A stretch of DNA of 64,000 nt from NCBI GenBank assembly GCA_009783465.1, contig WRDM01000006.1, positions 27,197 to 91,196 on the forward strand, given 5' to 3'. This DNA comes from Phycisphaerae bacterium (GTDB taxonomy: Bacteria > Planctomycetota > Phycisphaerae > SM23-33). Of this stretch, positions 38,791 to 46,740 are shown in pieces. The notes beneath the pieces are model-generated. The model did no database searches, was not told the origin of the DNA, and was given only the letters and a program-made list of their open reading frames with translations. Numbering within the stretch: position 1 is the stretch's first letter; the number at the start of each line of letters is the position of its first letter. The translations under genes were made by a program, and so were the position numbers.

Positions 38791-39597
38791 TCACAGCCCT
38801 GCCCATTGGCGGATGGGGTCTGTCGTCGGGATGGGGGCGAAGATCAGCCAGGCGATGTTCAGGCCGGTGACGATGTCGTATGCCCAGGTGGCGCGTGGGT
38901 ATTTCCAGAGTTGGATTCGCAGCCAGAAGTTTCCTTTTCGCGGGTCGGTGATGGGTTGTTTTCCGTCGATGACGGCCTTGGTGTAGAAGACGCGTCGCAG
39001 GACGGTCAGCAGGGGGAGGAAGGCTTGCTGGACGAGCAGGGCGGGGATGTTGTGTGCGAAGGTTGCGATGAGGATGGCGGCGATGCGTTCGCCACGTTGC
39101 CAGTAGCCCACGGTGCATTCGGGGATGATGTCCTCGGCGCGTGCCCGGGTGTAGGCGATCATGTATCCGTTGAACATGGCCAGGGCGGCCATCAGGATGA
39201 AGCTGATGTTCGCGGGGGCGGCCCAGGCGTAGTAGACGGCGATTCCGGTGAAGACGACGAAATCGGCGAATCGGTCGAGGGTGCTGTCGAGGAACGCGCC
39301 AAATCGGCTGGTGAGGTTGCCGATGCGTGCGACCGCGCCGTCGAGCATGTCGCAGGCGGCCGACAGGAACATCAACGCCGCGGCCAGCAGGAGGTAGATG
39401 TTGGCCTCAGCAAGCGGCGTCCAGTTCCACGCCGGCCTGGCTGCTCCTGCGCCCAGCGCGTAGCAGACGCCGATGCCTGCGATAATCACCAGGCCTGCCA
39501 GGGAAAGCATATTCGGCGTGATGCCCACGCGCAGCAGCATGCGGGCGCAAAAATCCCGTGCGACGACAAACCCATGACCAATCGCGTTTCCGATCAT
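38791..39597 (-). CDS. CDP-alcohol phosphatidyltransferase family protein
   Basis: DMLDGAVARIGNLTSRFGAFLDSTLDRFAD motif. 268 aa from ATG 39597. Confidence 0.8.
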   Translation of the reverse strand: MIGNAIGHGFVVARDFCARMLLRVGITPNMLSLAGLVIIAGIGVCYALGAGAARPAWNWTPLAEANIYLLLAAALMFLSAACDMLDGAVARIGNLTSRFGAFLDSTLDRFADFVVFTGIAVYYAWAAPANISFILMAALAMFNGYMIAYTRARAEDIIPECTVGYWQRGERIAAILIATFAHNIPALLVQQAFLPLLTVLRRVFYTKAVIDGKQPITDPRKGNFWLRIQLWKYPRATWAYDIVTGLNIAWLIFAPIPTTDPIRQWAGL

Positions 39598-39620
39598 GGG
39601 GACATGGTAGCACGGGGACG

Positions 39621-39658
39621 TTTTTTTTACCACAGAGGCACAGAGGATACGGAGAAAA
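39621..39658. repeat. Single arm of the ccacagaggcacagagg word family
   Basis: ttttttttaccacagaggcacagaggatacggagaaaa. Compare the full hairpin at 56175-56254. Confidence 0.6.
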
Positions 39659-39721
39659 CGAGGTCGCAGGGTTTTGCGGCGCGTGGGTGAATGTGGCCTG
39701 TGGTTCGAGGGAGTCATTTTC

Positions 39722-39885
39722 GTTAGAGCGGTTCACGATTTGCTGTGGCTGCTGGCCTGCCTGCGGCGTCGCCAGGCGGCGTCGGCCTGCATCGCCGATG
39801 CGACGGCATCGGCTGCTTCGGCCTCCTGGCCTGGCTCGTCCTCGGCGACGGCCAACAGCGACAGCAAATCGTGAACCGCTCTAAC
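39722..39885. repeat. Palindromic element with 25-nt perfect termini
   Basis: gttagagcggttcacgatttgctgt (39722-39746) and its exact complement (39861-39885). The interior is itself partly palindromic. Confidence 0.8.
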
Positions 39886-39886
39886 T

Positions 39887-39950
39887 CGTTGACTCGTGAA
39901 TTCGTGTGCAGATCCACGAGGTAACGAGTCAACGAATTCACGAGTCAACG
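39887..39950. repeat. Word-type hairpin cgttgactcgtgaattcgt / acgaattcacgagtcaacg (family F)
   Basis: 19-nt perfect IR lying immediately 3' of phoU. Confidence 0.8.
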
Positions 39951-39954
39951 AACG

Positions 39955-40635
39955 TCATCGTTCCCGGCTGATGCCTGGGTGTCGGACGTCTTTGCCCTGG
40001 CACATGTAGATGACGTCTTCGGCGATGTTTGTCGCGTGGTCGGCGATGCGTTCGAGGTGGCGGGCGATGAGGATGAGGGCCAGCGCCCGCTCGACGATCG
40101 TATCGGAGTTTTGTTTCATGATCGTCAGCAGGTGGTCTTTCACCTGGTCGCACAGGCGGTCGACGATGTCGTCCATCATGATGACGGTTTGGGCCAGCAG
40201 CGGGTCGGACTTCACCAGGGCCTGCATGGCCTTGTCGAGCATGTCGCGGGCGGTGCTGGCCATTTTGGGGATGTCGATCAGCGGCTTGACGGGCGGATGC
40301 TGTAGCAGGGTGCGTGTGTTCTGGGAGATATTGATGGCCAAATCGCCGATGCGTTCGAGTTCGCCGGTGATTCGCGTGCAGGCCATGAGGAACCGCAGGT
40401 CGGAGGCGACAGGCTGATACGTCGCCAGCAGCGCCAGGACGATCTCGTCAATCTCCAGTTGCATGCGATTGACGTCCTGTTCGTCGTTGGGCACGTCCTT
40501 GGCGATGGATTCGTCGCGTTCGACCAGGGCGGTGATGACCTGGTCGGTCATTTTGGCCGCCGCCGCCGCCATCATCAGCAGTTTGCTCTTGAGGTCGCCA
40601 AGTTCCTTGTCAAATTGTCGGGGATGGATGGTCAT
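39955..40635 (-). CDS. phoU: Phosphate signalling complex protein PhoU
   Basis: 226 aa with two PhoU repeats (ERIGDLAINI / ERIADHATNIAEDV). Lies downstream of pstB. Confidence 0.9.
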   Translation of the reverse strand: MTIHPRQFDKELGDLKSKLLMMAAAAAKMTDQVITALVERDESIAKDVPNDEQDVNRMQLEIDEIVLALLATYQPVASDLRFLMACTRITGELERIGDLAINISQNTRTLLQHPPVKPLIDIPKMASTARDMLDKAMQALVKSDPLLAQTVIMMDDIVDRLCDQVKDHLLTIMKQNSDTIVERALALILIARHLERIADHATNIAEDVIYMCQGKDVRHPGISRER

Positions 40636-40712
40636 GGCACGTCCTTGTAACGGGAGCCGTTCTTCGCTTGCTCACGGTGCAATCATATCACGTTCGAGGG
40701 AGTAGTTTCGTG

Positions 40713-40796
40713 GCTTCGTTAACTCGTTAACTCGTTGACTGGTTTCTTGGCGAAACCACCAGTCAACGAGTTAACGAATCCACGAGTCAACGAAGC
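40713..40796. repeat. Family F word-type hairpin between pstB and phoU
   Basis: gcttcgttaactcgttaactcgttgactgg ... ccagtcaacgagttaacgaatccacgagtcaacgaagc. Confidence 0.8.
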
Positions 40797-40804
40797 CGCG
40801 GCGT

Positions 40805-41575
40805 TTAACCGTAGCGTCCCGTTACATAATCTTCGGTTCTTTTGTCCTCTGGACTTGTGAAGATTTTGTTCGTGGCTGCGAATTCTACCAAAACCCCCAG
40901 GAGCATGAAGGCGGTGTGCTGCGAAATCCGGGCGGCCTGATGCATGTTGTGCGTGACGATCACGATGGTGTACTGGCTGGCCAACTCGCGCATGAGTTCT
41001 TCGATGTGCTCGGTGGCGATGGGGTCCAGGGCGGAGCAGGGTTCGTCCATGAGCAGGACTTCGGGTTCGACGGCCACCAGCCGCGAGATGCACAGCCGCT
41101 GCTGCTGTTCGGCGGAGAGTCCCAATGCGGGCGAGGCGAGGCGGTCCTTGAGGGTGTCCCAGAGGGCGCTGGCTTTGAGCGAGCGTTCGACGGCGGCGTC
41201 GAGATCGGCCTTTTTCGTGACGCCGTGCACTCGCATGCCGTAGACGACGTTATCGTACACCGACAGCGGAAAGGGGTTGGGCCTTTGAAACACCATGCCC
41301 ACGCGTCGGCGGAGGCTCGTCAGCGGGATGCCGTCGTAGATGTCCTGGCCGTCGAGGAGAATATTCCCCTTCACGCGGCAGTAGGGCGTCAGATCGTTCA
41401 TGCGGTTGAAGCACCGCAGCAGCGTGCTCTTGCCGCACCCGCTGGGGCCTATAATCGCCGTGATCGACCGCGACGGAATCGACACGCTCACATCCTTGAG
41501 CGCGTGAAACTTGTCGTAATGCAGGTCAAGGTGTTCGCTGCGGATCTTCTCTTGCGTTGCCGTGGTCGTTTCCAT
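40805..41575 (-). CDS. pstB: Phosphate ABC transporter ATP-binding protein, copy 2 (degenerate signature LSAEQ)
   Basis: [41 protein letters not shown] and a C-terminal EDYVTGRYG. The signature reads LSAEQQQRL. Confidence 0.9.
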   Translation of the reverse strand: METTTATQEKIRSEHLDLHYDKFHALKDVSVSIPSRSITAIIGPSGCGKSTLLRCFNRMNDLTPYCRVKGNILLDGQDIYDGIPLTSLRRRVGMVFQRPNPFPLSVYDNVVYGMRVHGVTKKADLDAAVERSLKASALWDTLKDRLASPALGLSAEQQQRLCISRLVAVEPEVLLMDEPCSALDPIATEHIEELMRELASQYTIVIVTHNMHQAARISQHTAFMLLGVLVEFAATNKIFTSPEDKRTEDYVTGRYG

Positions 41576-41598
41576 AAGTGCCGCCGTCTGTCAAAAAA

Positions 41599-41736
41599 GC
41601 CACTAGCCACAAGCCACCAGGTATGGCGGGGTTTGTTTTCACTCAGTCGATCCCTGTTTTGCCTGGAGGCATCGTTGTTTCCGCTGTCACTGTCTTATTA
41701 GCCAGAGCCGTTCCTTACCTTGTGGCTAGTGGCTGC
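41599..41736 (+). repeat. Family A composite element, copy A4, inserted between the two pstB genes
   Basis: Arms gccactagccacaagccaccagg / ccttgtggctagtggctgc. Core ggtatggcggggtttg...gatccctg...tttccgctgtcactgtctt...cgttccttacc. Confidence 0.8.
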
Positions 41737-41745
41737 CGTTCTCTG

Positions 41746-42546
41746 CTATCCAAAATGTCCCGTAATATACTGTCCCGTTCGGCCGTGTTCGGGGTTGGTG
41801 AACAGTTTGGCCGTCGGGCCTGCTTCGATCAGTTCGCCCATGAGGAAGAACGCGGTGCGGTCGCTGGCTCGGGCGGCCTGTTTGGTGTTGTTGGTCACGA
41901 GCACGATGGCGTATTTGCTTTTGAGTTCGGCCAAGGCTTCCTCGATGGAGGCGGTGGAGATCGGGTCCAGCCCGCTGCACGGTTCGTCGAGGAGGAGGAT
42001 GTTCGGCTCGAGCGCGAGCACGCGCGCGATGCAGAGCCGCTGCTGCTGCCCGCCGGAGAGATTGGTGGCCAACTCGTCGAGGCGGTCTTTGACTTCCGTC
42101 CAGAGGCAGGCGGCCTCGAGCGACTCCTGCACGAGTTGCTCCAGTTTGCTTTTGGACCGCACGCCGTCCATACGGGGGCCGAAGGTGATGTTCTCGCGGA
42201 TCGTCCACGGCAGGGGGGTTGGCACGGCGTATACCATGCCGACGGTCCGCCGCAGGGCGGGCACGCTGACGGTCGGGCCGTAAATGTCGTGCCCGTCCAG
42301 CAGGATCGTTCCCTCGCGGCGGAAACTCGACTCCAGGTCGGTCAGGCGGTTAAGACACCGCAGCAGGGTGCTCTTGCCGCTGCCGGCGGGCCCGATAATA
42401 GCCAGCCGCTCGTTGGGGAAAATGTCCAGGTTGATCCGCCGCAAGGCCGGGTACTCGCCAAGAAACGCGCTGAAGTCGCGCACGGCGACCTTGGGGGCGA
42501 GGGCCTTGGCTTTGGTGTTGTTGGGGTTGTGTAGTATGGTTGTCAT
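41746..42546 (-). CDS. pstB: Phosphate ABC transporter ATP-binding protein, copy 1 (degenerate Q-loop and switch-His)
   Basis: GPAGSGKST, LSGGQQQRL and LLLDEPCSGLD are intact, but it reads VGMVYAVPTP (no Q) and VTNNTKQAA (no H). Confidence 0.85.
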   Translation of the reverse strand: MTTILHNPNNTKAKALAPKVAVRDFSAFLGEYPALRRINLDIFPNERLAIIGPAGSGKSTLLRCLNRLTDLESSFRREGTILLDGHDIYGPTVSVPALRRTVGMVYAVPTPLPWTIRENITFGPRMDGVRSKSKLEQLVQESLEAACLWTEVKDRLDELATNLSGGQQQRLCIARVLALEPNILLLDEPCSGLDPISTASIEEALAELKSKYAIVLVTNNTKQAARASDRTAFFLMGELIEAGPTAKLFTNPEHGRTGQYITGHFG

Positions 42547-42553
42547 CGGTTTC

Positions 42554-43399
42554 TCACCGGCTCTTGACGCTGAATCGCTGCATCAGCCAGTACGCCAGCA
42601 GGTTGATGGCCAGGATCGTCAGGACCAGGACGGTGGCGGTCGCGTAGGCTTTGTCCATGCTGATGCCCTCGCGGCTGAGGATGTAAAAATGCAGCGCCAG
42701 CGTGCGCGAGGAATCGAACATGGATTCGGGCATATTCAGCACCGAGCCTGCCGTCAGCATGACGGCGGCGGTTTCGGAAATGCTGCGTCCGATCGAGAGC
42801 ACGACGCCCGTGCCGATGCCCGGCAACGCCCCGCGAAGCACGACCCGCGTGACCATCTGCCACCGCGTCGCGCCCAGGCCGAAACTCACGTCGCGATAAC
42901 TCGCCGGCACCGCCCGGATGGCCTCCTCGCTGGTGCGGATAATGGTCGGCAAGACCATGATCGCCAAGGTCAACGCGCCGCTGAGGACGCTGATCCCCAG
43001 GCCGCATACGTCGACGAAAAAGACCCAGCCAAACAGGCCGAAAATGATCGACGGAATGCCCGCCAGGCAGTCGGCGCCGAACCGGATGGCGTGGGTGAAT
43101 CGGCTTTCGCGCGTGTACTCGGTGAGATAGACGGCCGTGGCGACGCCGACGGGCGCGGCGATAACGACGGCCAGGCCGGCCACGAACACCGTGCCGACGA
43201 TCATGGGAAAGATGCCCCCGTCGCGTCCCATGTTGGCGGGGCTTTTCGTGAGGAATTCCCACGTGATCAGGGGCAGTCCGTGGTAGAGGATGTAGGCGAT
43301 GACGAACATCAGCACGCCCAGCGTCACCAGGGCCAGCGACCAGAGAAAGGTCACCGCCATCGCCTGGGTGTGGGCGGGTTTGACTTTCAGTATCATCAC
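42554..43399 (-). CDS. pstA: Phosphate ABC transporter permease PstA
   Basis: 281 aa and polytopic, with an EAA-type loop (SEEAIRAVPASYRDVSFGLGATRWQ). Confidence 0.9.
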   Translation of the reverse strand: MMILKVKPAHTQAMAVTFLWSLALVTLGVLMFVIAYILYHGLPLITWEFLTKSPANMGRDGGIFPMIVGTVFVAGLAVVIAAPVGVATAVYLTEYTRESRFTHAIRFGADCLAGIPSIIFGLFGWVFFVDVCGLGISVLSGALTLAIMVLPTIIRTSEEAIRAVPASYRDVSFGLGATRWQMVTRVVLRGALPGIGTGVVLSIGRSISETAAVMLTAGSVLNMPESMFDSSRTLALHFYILSREGISMDKAYATATVLVLTILAINLLAYWLMQRFSVKSR

Positions 43400-44403
43400 A
43401 CACCCGCCTTTCGGCTACGGCGTCGCGAGACGGTCAGGGCGATGCTGTTGAGGATCATGATGATGACAAACAGAACCACGCCGGTGGCGAAGAGGGCTTG
43501 CCGGTGGTCGCCGGCGGCGTAGCCCATTTCCAGGGCGATGTTGCTGGTGAGGGTTCGTACGGGGTCGAGGATGCTTTGCGGGATGTCGATGGTGTTGCCC
43601 GCGACCATGATGACGGCCATCGTTTCGCCGACGGCCCTGCCCATGCCGAGGATGATGGCCGCCACCACGCCGCTGCGGGCGGCTTTGATGATGACCATGT
43701 GCGTGGTCTGCCAGGTGGTGGCCCCCAGGGCGATCGAGCCGTCGCGGTAGGATTTGGGCACCGACCGCAGGGCGTCGACGCTGATGCTTGTGACGGTCGG
43801 CAGCACCATCACGCCCAGCACCACCCCCGACGCCAGCACGCTCAACCCCCACCCGCCGAATACGTCGCGGATAAACGGCACCAAAATCACCACGCCGATG
43901 AAGCCGTACACTACCGACGGAATGCCCGCCAGCAGCTCGATACTCGGTTTGAGCACGGCGACCACGCGGGGCGGACAAAACTGCGTCAGGACGATGGCAC
44001 AGCCCAGGCCGAGGAAACCGCCGATGAGCATCGCGACGACCGTGACCATCAGCGAGCCGACGATCATCGGCAGAATGCCGAAATGCGGCGGCGATTCGGT
44101 GGGATACCAGTCGCCCGAAAACAGAAACGAGCCCGCGCCGACCTTGGAGATGATCGGCAGGCCTTCCTTGAAGATAAACCCCGTGATGACGGCCAGGCTG
44201 GCGATGGCCGTCAGGGCCATCAGCATGAGCATGGCTCGGAGGGCGCGTTCTTTGAATCGTCCCCAGGCGGCCAATCCGCCGGTCCAACTGGGCGCGGCGG
44301 GGGCGGGTGTCGTGATTTCCGTGATGCCTGGTTGGGCCTGGTCGGGCGGCAAACCAGGCTCGGCGGGCGGTGCGTCGGGCTCGCTTGTCTGTTGTGAGGT
44401 CAT
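43396..44403 (-). CDS. pstC: Phosphate ABC transporter permease PstC
   Basis: 335 aa with loop SVDALRSVPKSYRDGSIALGATTWQ. 4-nt overlap with pstA. Confidence 0.9.
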   Translation of the reverse strand: MTSQQTSEPDAPPAEPGLPPDQAQPGITEITTPAPAAPSWTGGLAAWGRFKERALRAMLMLMALTAIASLAVITGFIFKEGLPIISKVGAGSFLFSGDWYPTESPPHFGILPMIVGSLMVTVVAMLIGGFLGLGCAIVLTQFCPPRVVAVLKPSIELLAGIPSVVYGFIGVVILVPFIRDVFGGWGLSVLASGVVLGVMVLPTVTSISVDALRSVPKSYRDGSIALGATTWQTTHMVIIKAARSGVVAAIILGMGRAVGETMAVIMVAGNTIDIPQSILDPVRTLTSNIALEMGYAAGDHRQALFATGVVLFVIIMILNSIALTVSRRRSRKAGV

Positions 44404-44504
44404 CTAAATAAATTCTTCATGGATGGCCAATGAGTTCTTAACATATTGTGCAAAAAGTCGGCCTCGGATGACATAGGGAACTCGGGGAAAAACGAAAAAA
44501 GCGG

Positions 44505-45485
44505 TTAATTTTCCGTCGGCTCACCCGCCTCCGCCGGCGTCGTCGTTGCCCAGGGGAGTGGCTGTTGCTGTGTGGGAGACAGGCTGACAAGTCCTTCTCG
44601 TTCAAGCAGTTGCTGTCCGGCGTCGGAGAGGACGTATTCGGTGAATTCGCGGGCGATTTTCGGCACATTCGCGCCATTGCGGAAGGCAAAGATGAACGGA
44701 CGTTTGAGCGGGTACGATCCGTCGCGGACGGCCTCCAGGGTCGGGGTGATTCCGTCGACGTCCAGGGCGGCCAGGCCTGAATCGTGCGTCACCAGCCCCA
44801 GCGACATATACCCGATGGTCGCCCGGTCGTTCCGCACGAGTTCCTTCACCGCGCCGTTGGATTCCTGCGTGACGGCCTTGGTGTAGATGCGGCCTTTGAA
44901 TTGAATCAGCCTCAACTGGGCGGGGGCGTGGCCGTAGTCGCTGGCGTGTTCGGGGTGTTGCTTGATGTCCTTGATGCCCTCGTTCATGACGAGTTTGGCG
45001 AAGGCTTCGCGGGTGCCGCTGCCTTCTTCGCGGGTGATGACGTGAATGGTGCGGTCCTCGCCGCCGACGGCTTTCCAGTTGGTGATGTCTCCGGAAAAAA
45101 TCAGGGCGATCTGCCAGCGGGTTAGTCCGTGCTTGAGGACGGGATTGCTCGGGTGGACGACGATGGCCAATCCGTCGTAGGCGATGATGACGGGGTCGCA
45201 ACTGGCTTCGCTGGGATCGTCTTCTTTGAGGTCGCGCGAGCACATGCCGATGTCGGCGATGCCGTTATTGACGCCCTCAAGCCCCGCCTTCGAGCCGCCG
45301 CCCTGGACCTCGACATTTCGGCCTGTTGTCTGGGCGTTGAATTCCTGCGAAAGCATCTCCGCGAAGGGCTGAATGGACGTCGACCCCAGGACGTTGGTCG
45401 TGCCCTCCCGAGATCCCCGGCAGGCGGCGGTGAAACCCATCGTCACACAAAGCCACGCAATCAACATTATCGTTCGTACATCCAT
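44505..45485 (-). CDS. pstS: Phosphate-binding protein PstS (lipoprotein-type signal)
   Basis: 326 aa from ATG 45485. GSTSIQP...GGGS...EGSGTR segments are typical of PstS/PBP-2. Confidence 0.85.
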   Translation of the reverse strand: MDVRTIMLIAWLCVTMGFTAACRGSREGTTNVLGSTSIQPFAEMLSQEFNAQTTGRNVEVQGGGSKAGLEGVNNGIADIGMCSRDLKEDDPSEASCDPVIIAYDGLAIVVHPSNPVLKHGLTRWQIALIFSGDITNWKAVGGEDRTIHVITREEGSGTREAFAKLVMNEGIKDIKQHPEHASDYGHAPAQLRLIQFKGRIYTKAVTQESNGAVKELVRNDRATIGYMSLGLVTHDSGLAALDVDGITPTLEAVRDGSYPLKRPFIFAFRNGANVPKIAREFTEYVLSDAGQQLLEREGLVSLSPTQQQPLPWATTTPAEAGEPTEN

Positions 45486-45569
45486 GCGCCAACCGTACTC
45501 GCAACGGCGAGGCGATGCAAGGGTTTCTTTTGTGGACAGAAAAGTCAACCGCCCCGCCCTCGCAGATCC

Positions 45570-46427
45570 TTATTCCTGCCGTGACTCGATCAGGCTTACG
45601 AATTCCTTCAGCGTGTCGAAATATTTCGTTCCCGCGACGAGCATGAGGTTGTTGTGGCCGGCGGATTCGACCCAGTAGAACTGTTTGGGTTCGTTGGCGG
45701 CGTGGAAGTTTTTTTCGGCGTGCCAGAAGGGCAGCAGGTTGTCCTGTCGGCCATGGATGAACAGCACGGGGCAGTGCACGTTGGGCAGTTTTTCGAGGTT
45801 TCGGTAGCGGTCGCGGGGGAAGATCGGCCAGCGCGTCGCCACGCGGAAGGCGGAGGTGAAACTGCTTTCGAGGATCAATCCGCCGACGGGTTTTCGCATG
45901 GCCAGGTCGGTGGCGGGCCCACTGCCGAGGGATCGTCCCAGCACGAGGATCCGGCTGGGTTCCACGCCCGCTTGCGTCACGAGGTAGTCGTACGCGGCGT
46001 CGATGTCGGCGTAGGTGGCCTCCTCGCTGGGCGAGCCTTCGCTCGTGCCGTAGCCGTGGTAGTCGTACGCCAGCACGTTGTACCCGGCCGAGTCGAACAT
46101 GCGGTAGTAGGGCTCCATCTGCCCCATGTCCTCGCCGTTGCCGTGGCTGTAGAGGATCGTGTAGCGGGCGGCGGGGTTTTGCAGGTGCATGGCGGCGATT
46201 TTCGTGCCGTCGGCGGTGGTGAGTTTGAGAATCCCCTCGCCGTCGGAGTAACTCGCCGGTCGCGGCGGATGATACATGATCCGATTGATGCACCCTGTAG
46301 CCACGATCACTCCAAAAAGATACGCCCCGGCCAGCAGCACGCCCAGCCGGGCCAGTTGACGTGTAAACGTCATCTTCCGCCGAGGGGCCTTGCCGGTCGC
46401 GGCCGGGATGGCGTTTTTTGTCATCAT
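45570..46427 (-). CDS. Alpha/beta hydrolase (BEM46/ABHD13-like) with N-terminal TM anchor
   Basis: HGNGEDMG and GRSLGSG nucleophile elbow. Confidence 0.7.
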   Translation of the reverse strand: MMTKNAIPAATGKAPRRKMTFTRQLARLGVLLAGAYLFGVIVATGCINRIMYHPPRPASYSDGEGILKLTTADGTKIAAMHLQNPAARYTILYSHGNGEDMGQMEPYYRMFDSAGYNVLAYDYHGYGTSEGSPSEEATYADIDAAYDYLVTQAGVEPSRILVLGRSLGSGPATDLAMRKPVGGLILESSFTSAFRVATRWPIFPRDRYRNLEKLPNVHCPVLFIHGRQDNLLPFWHAEKNFHAANEPKQFYWVESAGHNNLMLVAGTKYFDTLKEFVSLIESRQE

Positions 46428-46521
46428 GGGGGCATTGTATCATTTGCGTGGACACATGCCGTCGAATCTCGCGAAAAACGGGAACATTATGCGATGGCCC
46501 CGGGCTCTGGAGAAAAGACTC

Positions 46522-46570
46522 TTGAACCGCTCGCCGGTCGTTCGTATAACTCTCGTACGAAATTTTCGTA
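46522..46570 (+). promoter_or_regulatory. Sigma70-like promoter TTGAAC-N17-TATAAC followed by the perfect palindrome TACGAAAtTTTCGTA (candidate operator)
   Basis: -35 at 46522-46527, -10 at 46545-46550, palindrome at 46556-70. About 170 nt upstream of the metal ATPase start. Confidence 0.4.
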
Positions 46571-46740
46571 AAAAGAGATCATCGCGTGTCGAACTTTGAG
46601 GATGATCCCGTCGTATGTTGTGTATCCGCGCCGCTTTGCGTCCCGCTGTGTCCGTCCTGCGTCGTCCGTGAGGTTTGGCGGGCAGGCGTGGCGGCGTGGG
46701 CAGGTCGCGGAATTTGGTGTGCCTCTCTACGGAGCAATCG

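Noticed and set aside
45486-45569. Pho-box upstream of pstS
   Set aside because: Only a single CTGTCC half-site-like word and a TTGACT with no matching -10 are present. The PhoB consensus for this phylum is unknown to me, so no call is made.
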